Below, piece by piece: positions 37,048-46,500 of a stretch of 64,000 bases of DNA; position 1 is the first letter of the stretch; each line of letters opens with the position of its first letter. Origin of the DNA: Vicinamibacterales bacterium (lineage in GTDB: Bacteria; Acidobacteriota; Vicinamibacteria; Vicinamibacterales; SCN-69-37); assembly GCA_035519535.1 (NCBI GenBank), contig DATIWF010000029.1, positions 21,611 to 85,610 on the forward strand, written 5' to 3'. The position numbers and the translations under genes were made by a program. The notes under the pieces are model-generated. The model was not told where the DNA came from, ran no database searches, and saw only the letters and a list, made by a program, of their open reading frames with translations.

Positions 37048-37866
37048 GTGCTGGTGTCAGTGGCCCTGACCCTGGCGGCCGGTGCGGTCGCCGGCTGCCT
37101 CGGAGCGCTCCTTGGAATCGGCGGCGGCGTCTTCCTCGTGCCGTTCCTCAACCTCGTGCTGGGCCTGCCGGTGCGATCGGCGTTCGGCATCAGTCTCGTC
37201 ACGGTGATCGCGACGTCGAGCGTCACGTCGGCGTCCCCGGGCCGGCTGCGCCTCGTGAATCTCCGTCTCGGCATGGTGCTCGAGATCTTCACGACGACCG
37301 GTGGGTTGATCGGCCTGTTCCTCGTGCACCGGTTCAGCGAGGGAACGCTGAAGCTGTTCTTCGGCGGCGTGATGGCGCTCGTCGCCGTCGTCATGATCAG
37401 CCGGCTCGATCGGCGAAACGTGATCCGCGACGCCAATATCGACGTCGGGCTGCTCGGCGGCCGGTACGACGACCCGGAGACCGGCACACAGGTCGCGTAC
37501 CGGCTGAAGCGCGTGCCGCTGGCCTTCCTGGTGTCGTTTCTGGCGGGCGTCGTCTCGATGCTTGGAATTGGCGGCGGCGTGCTCAAAGTGCCCGCGCTCA
37601 ACTCGTGGTCCGGCGTGCCGATGCGCGTCGCGGCCGCGACGAGCGCGCTGATGATCGCTGCGACCGCGGTCGTGGGCGCGATCAACTACTTCATCCGCGG
37701 CGACATCATTCCGGAGCTCGCAGCGGCGGCCGTGCTCGGCGTGCTCGCGGGCTCGCGCGCCGGCTTCGCGATTGGCGCGCGCAGCAACGTCAAGGGACTC
37801 AAGCTGCTGATGGCGGGCGTGCTGGCCACCGTCGCGGCGATCTACTTCTTCGTGAGGCCCCGTTGA
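37048..37866 (+). CDS. TauE/SafE-family sulfite/anion exporter
   Basis: GTG start within ORF 36244..37866. Repeated GIGGGV(F/L)xVP motifs and about 8 TM helices. Confidence 0.75.
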   Translation: MLVSVALTLAAGAVAGCLGALLGIGGGVFLVPFLNLVLGLPVRSAFGISLVTVIATSSVTSASPGRLRLVNLRLGMVLEIFTTTGGLIGLFLVHRFSEGTLKLFFGGVMALVAVVMISRLDRRNVIRDANIDVGLLGGRYDDPETGTQVAYRLKRVPLAFLVSFLAGVVSMLGIGGGVLKVPALNSWSGVPMRVAAATSALMIAATAVVGAINYFIRGDIIPELAAAAVLGVLAGSRAGFAIGARSNVKGLKLLMAGVLATVAAIYFFVRPR

Positions 37867-38999
37867 GCGGCGGCGAACGGCCCCAGCCCGCCGGCGAGCT
37901 GTCCAGGCTCGAGGAGCAGATCGGCCGCGTCCTGCGCCTGGGCGTCGCGCTGTCGGCGACGACGCTCGGCGCGGGACTCGTGTTGGCGTTCATCGGCGCG
38001 GCCGTGGCGCCGCTCCTGCTGAGCGTGGGCCTCGCGGTGCTGATGGCGATCCCGGTCACGCGCATCGCCGCGTCGTTCGTGGACGCGGTGCGTCGGCACG
38101 ACGGCTTGCTCAGCTGGTCCACGGCCGTCGTGCTGTCGGTGATGGCGCTGACGCTCGTCTACTCGCTGCAATCGAGAGAGGCCGACGCGGCCGAGGAAGT
38201 CACGCACGGCTTCAGCGTGGACCTGTCGCTCTCCCCGGACGGCAAGCGCATGGTCTACGTGGCGACGGCGGACGGGCACGACCAGCTGTTCGTGGTGGAG
38301 GTCGGCGGATCCAAGCCGGCGCGGTTGCTCGCGAGCCAGGCAAATGACGACGACCCGGCGTGGTCGCCCGACGGCAAGGAAATCGCGTTCGTGTCAGATG
38401 CGACCGGCCACCTCGAGATCTACGTCGCCAACGCGGACGGATCGGGCGTACGCCAGCTCACGCACGATGGGTCGTCGGCGATTCACCCGTCCTGGTCGGC
38501 CGACGCCGCGCGCATCGCCTACTGCGTTCAGCTCAACGCGGCGGGTCAGCCCGAGCGCTTCGAGCTGACGGAGATCGGTCGCGACGGCAACGGGCGCCGG
38601 CAGATCACGAACGACGGCGGCGTCGCGACGTACCCGTCGTGGTCGCCCGACGGGTCGCGCCTGGCGTTCAGGAAGGTCGTGGGCGCGAACTCGGAGGTCT
38701 TCACGGTGAAGGCCGACGGGACCGACGAGCGGAACGTCACGAACGATACGGCGTTTGACGGTTGGCCCGCCTGGTCGCCCGACGGGCGCTACATCGCGTT
38801 CGCCTCCGATCGCCGATCGAACTTTCAGATCTTCGTCGTCAAACCGGACGGCGGACCGGCCCAGCTCGTCGCCAACACCACAGGCCGAGCGACCTCGCCG
38901 CGCTGGTCGCCCGACAGCAAATCGATCTACTTCACGAATTGCACGGTGTCGGGCACGCAGCCCGATTGCAGGATTCTCAAAGCAGAGTTGGCGAAGTAA
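37863..38999 (+). CDS. DUF1634-like membrane domain fused to a TolB-like (PD40) beta-propeller
   Basis: The TTG at 37863 overlaps the TauE TGA (TTGA). The N-terminus has two TM helices. Repeated P(A/S)WSPDG(K/S/R) blades follow (AWSPDGKEIAF, PSWSADAARIAY, PSWSPDGSRLAF, PAWSPDGRYIAF, PRWSPDSKSIYF). Confidence 0.7.
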   Translation: MSGGERPQPAGELSRLEEQIGRVLRLGVALSATTLGAGLVLAFIGAAVAPLLLSVGLAVLMAIPVTRIAASFVDAVRRHDGLLSWSTAVVLSVMALTLVYSLQSREADAAEEVTHGFSVDLSLSPDGKRMVYVATADGHDQLFVVEVGGSKPARLLASQANDDDPAWSPDGKEIAFVSDATGHLEIYVANADGSGVRQLTHDGSSAIHPSWSADAARIAYCVQLNAAGQPERFELTEIGRDGNGRRQITNDGGVATYPSWSPDGSRLAFRKVVGANSEVFTVKADGTDERNVTNDTAFDGWPAWSPDGRYIAFASDRRSNFQIFVVKPDGGPAQLVANTTGRATSPRWSPDSKSIYFTNCTVSGTQPDCRILKAELAK

Positions 39000-39231
39000 C
39001 AGGTCGGGTACGTCGGGTACGTCGGGTACGTCAGGTACGTCAGGTGCCAGGAATGAACTGACGCTGGCCAACCTTCCTCACCTGGAAGAAAGCGCCGAAT
39101 GGAGAAGGAAAGCTGACCAGCGTCAGCTCGTTCCTCGTACCCGACGTACCTGACGTACCCGACGTACCTCACGTACCCGACGTACCTGACGTACCCGACG
39201 TACCTGACGTACCCGACGTACCGACGACCGA
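39000..39231 (+). repeat. Composite palindromic element: (GTCRGGTAC)x5, inner inverted repeat, about 49-bp core, inverted (TACCYGACG)x10
   Basis: Left 9-mer array at 39003-39047. The inner inverted repeat 39047-39067 pairs with 39117-39137 (18 of 21 complementary). Right inverted 9-mer array at 39138-39226. The element fills the entire 232-nt gap between two convergent stop codons. Confidence 0.95.
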
Positions 39232-41988
39232 CTAGACCTTGATCTTGTACGCCTCCGCCACCGGTCTGAGCGGCCGATCGAACCACATCGGCCGCCGCGT
39301 GCCGTCGGGCCCGGGCGCCGGGCGCGTCTTCGTCATCCACTCCTGATAGATCCGGAACGACTCGTTCGTGTCGACGACGACGTCGCCGTAGCGGTCGTCG
39401 GCCGAGGCCTTCTCGAGCGTGACGCGCTGGTGCCAGCAGTGCATGCCGCTCACGGGATCCGGCTGCACCGGAAACGTCAGGTTCTGGTGCACGCCGATCT
39501 CGCTCCACCAGACGCGGCCACTGTCCGGGTCCTTGCTCGAAAACGGCTTGACGCCGTGCACCTGGCGCATCTTGTAGCGCCCCTCGCCGTCGGGGACGAT
39601 GCGCACGAGCGATGACGCGGCGCGCGCGCCGCCCTGATCTTCGTTGAGCCGCCAGCGCCCGAGGTGGTGCGACATGCCGACGACGCCCGGGCGGATGCCC
39701 TCGGTGACCCATGCGCGCGTGACGAAGTAGCCGATCGCCGTGTTGACCTTGACGAGATCGCCGGCCGCGATGCCGAGGTTCGTCGCGTCCTCGGTCGCGA
39801 TCCACAGCGGGTTGTTGTGCGAGATCTCGTACAGCCACTTGACGGGCGCCCGGGTGTGGATGAGCGTCGGCAGCCGGAAGTTCGGCAGCAGGTCGAATTC
39901 GTTCGCGGCGCGGTTGAGGTCGCGCCAGTAGACCTGCCCGGGCACGTAGCGCGGGATCGCGTGCTCGGGCCAGCCCCAGGCCGCGAGTGTCGGGGAGTAG
40001 AACTCGAGCTTGCGCGACGGCGTGTTGAAACCGACGCGCGGGATGCCGTCGATGACGACGGCGATCGGCGTGCCGTCCTTTTCGACGAGATTCGTCCGGT
40101 CGTTGGTCTTCGTGCCTTTCATCGCGGTCGCGGCGAGCGACTGCTCGTGCGCTTTGCTGTACGCCTCGTCGTCCACCTTGAAGACCGCGTAGCGGCGCAT
40201 GTACTGGAGCGGCGAAAGCCCTTCCTTCTCCGCGGCCTCCGGCAGCCCGGGCACCGAGTGCTCGAAAATCCAGCCGTAGTACTCGTCGAGCGTGATCATC
40301 TCGCCGGGGCGCGTCGGCGACTCGAAGAACTTCCGGATGCCGAGCGACCCGTCGGGGTCGATCTTCCAGGAGAGCGCGATCCAGAACTCCGCTTCCTCCC
40401 AGACTTCGCCCGGGTTCGCTTCGTACGTGCGATCGACCGCCTTGCCCTTCTTTTCGAGCGCGACGCGCTTCACGGGCTGCCGGAACCCCAGCCAGCGGCC
40501 CGCGTGCGTTTCCTGGCTCATGAGATCGTGCCGCTCGGTGCCGAGGCCCATTGGCAGCACGTAGTCGGCGAACCACGCGGTCTCGCTCCAGATGGGCGTC
40601 AGTGCGACGTGCAGGCCGATCTTCGACTCGTCCTTCAGCACCTCCATCCACGTGAAGCCGTCGGGGTTGGTCCAGAGCGGGTTGTAGACGCGCGTGAAAT
40701 ACGTGTCGATGCGGCCGCGCCCTTCCTTGAGGAAGTGCGGCAGCAGGAAGCTCATCTCGAAGAAGGCGAGCGGGAACTCCTTCGGAAACAGCAGCTCGTT
40801 CCAGTAGGCGGGTGGCGGTGGGGGATTCGGGTGCTTCGGCACGAACTTGTTCGTGACGTGCAGGTTCACGCCGCCGGGCTCGCCCACGGCGCCCATGAGG
40901 ACGACCAGGAAGTAGAGGCACCGCGTAATCTGCCAGCCCCAGAGGTGGCCGGACGCCGCCGCGCGCCAGCTGTGCGTCGAAAACGCCGTGCCCGCCGCGG
41001 CCACGGCCTCGGCGGCCTCGATCACCCTCTCGGCCGGCACGCCCGTTTCGATCTCCGCGTACTCCGGCGTGAACACCTCGTAATCCTGCTTCAGCGCGTC
41101 CTCGAAGGCGTCGAACGTGCGCGGGAGGTCCGGCCAGCACGCATCGAGATACGCCTCCCAGTTCACCCAGCGGCGCACGAACTCGCGGTTGTACTTCTTG
41201 TGGTCGATCAGATACCGCGCGATCGCCAGGAGCAGCGCCGCCTCGGTGCCCGGCTGCGCCGGCAGCCAGAGGTTGGCCTTCGCCGACGTGTTCGAGAGGC
41301 GGGGATCGATCACGATCAGCTTCGCGCCGTGCGACTGGCCCTCGATGATGCGCTGCGCGTGCGGGTTGAAGTAGTGCCCGGACTCCAGATGTGACGACAG
41401 CAGGAGGATCGTCTTTGCGTTGGCGTGGTCCGGCGAGGGCCGATCCGCGCCCGTCCACAGGAAATGCCCGAGGCGCGCCGACGAAGAGCAGACGTTCGTG
41501 TGGCTGTTGTGGCCGTCGAGACCCCAGCACTGCAGCACGCGGTTGACGTAGCCGTCCTCGCCTGGCCGCCCGACGTGGTACATCACCTCGTGCCGGCGGT
41601 CCTCCTGAATCGCCTTGCGAATCCGGCCGCCGAGGTCGTCGAGCACCTCGTCCCAGGTCACGCGCGTCCAGCCGCCGCCGCCGCGCGCGCCATTGCGCTT
41701 GAGCGGGTAGAGAATGCGATCGGGATCCTCGAGCTGATTGGGCGTGACGACGCCCTTCGCGCACGTGCGGCCGCGCGACCCCGGGTGCACCGGGTTGCCT
41801 TCGACCTTGCGGACCTCGAGCGTGTCCTTGTCGACGTACGTCAGGATTCCGCACGCCGACTCGCAGTTGAAACAGATGCTCGGGATGATCCAGTACCGCC
41901 GCCGGTCTTTCTTCGGCCAGCTCGTCGACTCGAAATCGACGTAGTTGTCCCACTTGGACGGATCGGGGTGTTTGCTGAACTCAGCCAT
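39232..41988 (-). CDS. Molybdopterin (bis-MGD) oxidoreductase catalytic subunit with no Tat signal
   Basis: 918 aa. N-terminal FeS Cys cluster CFNCESACG...C(AKG). It shows collinear features of the DMSO-reductase superfamily. No twin-arginine leader is visible. Confidence 0.8.
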   Translation of the reverse strand: MAEFSKHPDPSKWDNYVDFESTSWPKKDRRRYWIIPSICFNCESACGILTYVDKDTLEVRKVEGNPVHPGSRGRTCAKGVVTPNQLEDPDRILYPLKRNGARGGGGWTRVTWDEVLDDLGGRIRKAIQEDRRHEVMYHVGRPGEDGYVNRVLQCWGLDGHNSHTNVCSSSARLGHFLWTGADRPSPDHANAKTILLLSSHLESGHYFNPHAQRIIEGQSHGAKLIVIDPRLSNTSAKANLWLPAQPGTEAALLLAIARYLIDHKKYNREFVRRWVNWEAYLDACWPDLPRTFDAFEDALKQDYEVFTPEYAEIETGVPAERVIEAAEAVAAAGTAFSTHSWRAAASGHLWGWQITRCLYFLVVLMGAVGEPGGVNLHVTNKFVPKHPNPPPPPAYWNELLFPKEFPLAFFEMSFLLPHFLKEGRGRIDTYFTRVYNPLWTNPDGFTWMEVLKDESKIGLHVALTPIWSETAWFADYVLPMGLGTERHDLMSQETHAGRWLGFRQPVKRVALEKKGKAVDRTYEANPGEVWEEAEFWIALSWKIDPDGSLGIRKFFESPTRPGEMITLDEYYGWIFEHSVPGLPEAAEKEGLSPLQYMRRYAVFKVDDEAYSKAHEQSLAATAMKGTKTNDRTNLVEKDGTPIAVVIDGIPRVGFNTPSRKLEFYSPTLAAWGWPEHAIPRYVPGQVYWRDLNRAANEFDLLPNFRLPTLIHTRAPVKWLYEISHNNPLWIATEDATNLGIAAGDLVKVNTAIGYFVTRAWVTEGIRPGVVGMSHHLGRWRLNEDQGGARAASSLVRIVPDGEGRYKMRQVHGVKPFSSKDPDSGRVWWSEIGVHQNLTFPVQPDPVSGMHCWHQRVTLEKASADDRYGDVVVDTNESFRIYQEWMTKTRPAPGPDGTRRPMWFDRPLRPVAEAYKIKV

Positions 41989-42030
41989 TCAATAACTCAA
42001 TACACTCAATAACTCAATCACTCAATAACC
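41989..42030 (-). repeat. AT-rich tandem 8-9-mer array (GAGTKATT)x5 forming the whole spacer upstream of the Mo-subunit ATG
   Basis: The plus strand reads TC AATAACTC AATACACTC AATAACTC AATCACTC AATAACC. This is exactly the 42 nt between the FeS/NrfD stop (42031) and the ATG (41988). Confidence 0.9.
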
Positions 42031-43554
42031 TCACGAATTCGGCACGGCTTGTCCCGCCTCCACCCACACGTACCCCCACGCCAGACTGCCCGCGAGCGCC
42101 AGGAGCGACGCGGCGACGAGCGTGACGAGCGAGAAGCTCGCGATCGACGCGAATGCGACGAGCAGCACGGGCGCGATGCCGCCCAGTCCCAGCGCGCCGA
42201 CCCAGAACATCTGACGGTACGCGCCGAAGCGAATGGCGCGCACGGCCAGCTCGTGATTGACAGTCGGACTCGGCGTCAGGAAGTGCTCGAGCGTCAGGAT
42301 GAGGAGGTGCGCGAGCGACGCGAACGCGAGCGTGAGGGCGAGGGCGCGGATCGTCGCGGCCTCGCCGCCGGCCAGGGTCGCGATGATGAGGAGCGCCGCG
42401 CTGCCCTCGGCGGCCGCTTCGACGATCAGATCGATCGTCGCGTGCGGTCCCTGCCATAAATCGCGCGCGAGGCCTTGCGCGAAGAGGAAGCCGGTGTAGG
42501 CCGTGGCGCCAAGCGCCACGGGCAGCGCCAGCACCGCGAGCATCGTCACCATCGTCGTCCAGCCGAGCGGCACGCAGAGGACCCAGAGTCCGGCAATGGC
42601 GCCGTGCGCGGTCAGGAGGACCGCGCCGCGCGTGAGCCACGACCGCCAGTTGGGCCGCGTGAGGATGTAGTAGAACCGCTCGGGCCGCTCGAGGTCGATG
42701 ATGAGCACGACGGCGGTGCCGAGCCCGAAGACGAGCGAGAGGAACGGGCCCGCGAAGCTCACGAGCGGTGACCGATCGCCCAGCAGCCAGAACAGCGCGG
42801 ACAGGAACATCGCGCCCGTCGAGATGCCCTTGGCCACGAGGTACAGCACGAGATCGACGCCCCAGGCCTGGCGATGGGGCACGTCGTAATCGACGCGCGG
42901 GTCGCCGGGCCGGAGCGGATCGGGCTCGGGCGAGCCGACGGGTCGCAGGTGAGCGATGCCCTCCTTGAGCAGAATCGGCCGCGCCGCGATTTCCGGGCGG
43001 ATGACGCTCTCGTCCGCGCCCAGATAGAACACCTTGGGTCCCGTGCCCTTCTCGGGCTTGCGCACCATGAACGACTCGCGCTGCACGATCTGCGACACGT
43101 GGCTCGCCGGGTCGTCGAGGTCGCCGAAAATGCGGCACTCCGTCGGGCACACGCTCACGCACGCGGGCTGCAGCTGATTCTCCACGCGATTCGCGCAGAA
43201 GTTGCACTTCTCGGCCGTATGCGTGCCGGGGTCGATGAAGAGCTGGTCGTACGGACACGCGGCCATGCAGGCGCGGCAGCCGATGCACGACGCGCTGTTC
43301 AGATCGACGATCCCGTCGCGGCGCTTGAAGAGCGCGCCGGTGGGGCAGATCGTCAGGCACGGCGCCTCGGTGCACTGATTGCAGAGAACCGGGAAGAACA
43401 GCCGCTGCGTGTCGGGAAATGTGCCTTTCTCGACCGTCTTCACCCAGCAGCGATTGACGCCGACGGGGATGTCGTGCTCCGCCTTGCACGCGATCGTACA
43501 GGCGTGGCAGCCGATGCACTTGCGCAGATCGATGACGAATCCGTACGTGGGCAC
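42031..43554 (-). CDS. 4Fe-4S dicluster ferredoxin domain fused to an NrfD/PsrC-like polytopic membrane domain
   Basis: The N-terminus has four Cys clusters (CIGCHACTIAC, CNQCTEAPC, CIGCRACMAACP, CNFC...CVSVCP). The C-terminal 300 aa or so carries about 8 TM helices. Confidence 0.8.
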   Translation of the reverse strand: MPTYGFVIDLRKCIGCHACTIACKAEHDIPVGVNRCWVKTVEKGTFPDTQRLFFPVLCNQCTEAPCLTICPTGALFKRRDGIVDLNSASCIGCRACMAACPYDQLFIDPGTHTAEKCNFCANRVENQLQPACVSVCPTECRIFGDLDDPASHVSQIVQRESFMVRKPEKGTGPKVFYLGADESVIRPEIAARPILLKEGIAHLRPVGSPEPDPLRPGDPRVDYDVPHRQAWGVDLVLYLVAKGISTGAMFLSALFWLLGDRSPLVSFAGPFLSLVFGLGTAVVLIIDLERPERFYYILTRPNWRSWLTRGAVLLTAHGAIAGLWVLCVPLGWTTMVTMLAVLALPVALGATAYTGFLFAQGLARDLWQGPHATIDLIVEAAAEGSAALLIIATLAGGEAATIRALALTLAFASLAHLLILTLEHFLTPSPTVNHELAVRAIRFGAYRQMFWVGALGLGGIAPVLLVAFASIASFSLVTLVAASLLALAGSLAWGYVWVEAGQAVPNS

Positions 43555-43563
43555 TCTGCGGGA

Positions 43564-46500
43564 CTATAACGCAAACATGCCGATTGTTCGCCGGCGGTCG
43601 GCCTCGGGCACGAGCGGAAAGCCCGAGACGATGTGCTCGAACATCGCCGCGTCAAGCCGGTACAGCCGCGCGACGAGCGCCTGCAGCGCGGCGTGGGCGA
43701 GCGGCGAGGCCGGTCGGCGTCGCAGACGACGCGACAGCGCGACAATCCGGCGTTGGTCGTCGTCGCCCGTCCACCGCGGCACCGGCAAGTCCTCGACGAG
43801 GCTCGTCGTCAGATGTCCGCCCATCAGCATCCGCACGAGGGCGTTGAGCACGTAGGAGTTGAACAGGCCGCACAGAAAGTCCTGCTGGTCGGCCGGGATC
43901 GGTGTGCGCAGGCAGAAGAGCGTGTGGGTCGTGACGACGTGAGCGGGCACGATGGCGGCGATGAGCGACTGCCGGTTGGCGACCGCCGAGACGTCGCGAT
44001 ACGCGAGCCGCGCGACGTCGAATCGGCCATGCGGGAGGCGCCGCCGCGCTTCGGCCGGCGCGATCCGCGAAGACGACGCCGACGTGTCGACGCTGAACGG
44101 TCGAAGATGCTTGCCCTCGATGACGGGCAGGCCCTGGCTGCCGATCGCGTCGCGGTCCTCGGTGGCGTTGAGCTCTCGCCCGAAGCTGACGCCCCAACCG
44201 CCGGGGTGGCCGAGTTGTGGGCCCATCGACGACAGGTGCTCGAGGATGTCGAGGTCCCGCGGCGACCGCGCGTCCGGAATCCGGCGCGTCGTGCCACCAA
44301 ATGCGGCAAGGCCCGCGGGCGTCAGACGAATCGGATACGCGGACGCCGCGGGATCGTCGCAGGCCGGAAGGTCGTCGATCTCCGCGGCTGTCCGGACGCC
44401 GAACCGCGCCCGCACTTCGTGTGTCGCGCCGCCGGTTCTGGCCACGAGGACCAGGAAGCGCACGCCGCGGTGAATCGGGAAGAGCGCGTCCGCGTTGTCG
44501 AGGCCGACGACAGTCTCGAGGGTCGAGCGGTCGAGCAGCCGCGCGCGCAGCGCCGCCGCGCCATCGTCAACCGCGAGCCCCCACGGCAGAATCAGTCCCA
44601 CGCGGCCGCCCGGCCGGGCCAGCGACAGTGCCCGCTCGAGGAACGGCTGATAGAGATTGACGTGGCCGTGGTCGCAGGACGGGTAGAGGCCGGAGTCGCG
44701 GATGAAGCGAACGAACGACGCCGGGAGAAACGACGCCGGGATTATTTTTCCCGAGGTCCCGGGAAAAATATTCCCGGCGTCGTTCCTCCCGGCGTCGTTT
44801 CTCAGCATCTCCCACGGCGGGTTGCCGAGGACGGCGTCGAAGCCCGCGCGCGGTCGCGGGTTGCCGGCCGCATCGTAGAACACATCGGCGAACTCGAGCG
44901 GCCAGTGGAAGAAGCCGTGGGTCCGGGCGAGATCGCGCGCTTGCGTCTGCCACCTTGCGAGATCGGCGGCGCCGAGGGTGGCGTCGTTCCGCAGCAGGGC
45001 GTCGAACGCCGCCCGGATTTCGGCCGGAGCCGGAGGCCGACCCGGCCAGAACCAGCGGGCGCACCAGAGGTCGGCCGCCTGCCGCCACCGTCGGAGCGGC
45101 GAATCGTCGCCCGCGAGCCGCGCCCAAATCGCTTCCTTCGCGCGAACATCGTCGACCGTATCGTCGCGGCGCGCGCCGAGGTCGAGGAGCGGACGCGCCG
45201 CGCGGCTCATGGCGTCCTCGAGGCGGCCGGCGTCGAGGTTCAGGAGCGGCAGATCCGCGGTCCCGCGCCGGCGCATCGCCAGCCGGCGCAGATCGTCAGG
45301 CGACGCGCCGATCAGGCTGTTGCCGCTACGCAGCCGGTGGTCGAGAAACCCGAGCGGCTTCCCGCGTGCCAGCGTCGTCAGCCACAGCGACAGGCGCGCG
45401 AGCTGGACCGCGACGGGATTCGCGTCCACGCCGGCGAGGCACCGCTCGGCGACTTGTCGTCGCAGGTTGGCGTGCTCGCGCTCATCCAGATCGGCCTCAG
45501 CGCAACGTCCTTCGGCGATGAGCGCCCGCGCGCACGCGGCCGCGAGGTAGCGGCACGCCGCAACGAGAAACGCGCCGCTGCCCATCGCGGGATCGACGAT
45601 CCGCAGGGACAGGATGTCGTCGGCGCTGGCGCCGGCAACGAGCGGCGCCAGCGTGCGTCTGACGAGAAAATCCGCGAGCGGCTGCGGCGTGTAGAACGTG
45701 GCGCTCTGTTTGCGGCGCGCGCTGTGGGCTGATCCGGCCGGTCGCGGCGGCCCGGGCCTGCCGGCGACGACCGACGAAGGATCGAGATCGAGAACACGCT
45801 CGTAGACCGCGCCGAGCTGTTCGACGCCGAGATCGGCGTAATTGACGCCCTCGATCCCGGCATCGCCCCGCCGCGTGCCCAGGGCCAGGAGCGCGTGCTG
45901 CGCCGCGGCGTCGCGCATCGTGCTGCGGCGCGTCGGACGGGACACCGGGCGGCCGGCTTCGAGCGCAGGCGCCGACGCGCGCGCGAACAGCCGGCCGTTG
46001 AACGGCCGCACGATCAAGTCGCCTGTCCGCCCGCCGAGACGTGACAGCCGCGACACGGCGGCCAGTCCGTCCCAGAGCCCGCCGGCGCGATCGCGATCGA
46101 GCGCGTCGCGGCAGAATCCGCCGACGGTGTAGGCGCCGCCATAGACCGGATGCGCGCGCGGCACGAGGTCGCGCGACTCCGCGAAAAGCAGGAAGAGCAC
46201 GCGATAGACGAGCGTCAGCGACTGGTCGAACGCATCCGGTGCCGGCCGGAGCACGCCACCGAACGCGTGAAGCGCTTCGCCGACGCCCGCCTGGAGATCC
46301 GAACGCACACGATCCTGGAAACCCGCTGCGGCCGCAAGGAGCGCGTCGAGGCGAGACGCCGGTGACGCGTCATTGACCGAAGGCTCCGGTTCGAACGCGC
46401 CCGAGTGCGCGAGTGTCCAGAACGGCGCGAAGCCCGGCTGCGCCAGAACGTCCGGAAATGTGAAGTCGACGCTGCGCCGCGCCGCGTGGCCGCGCGCATC

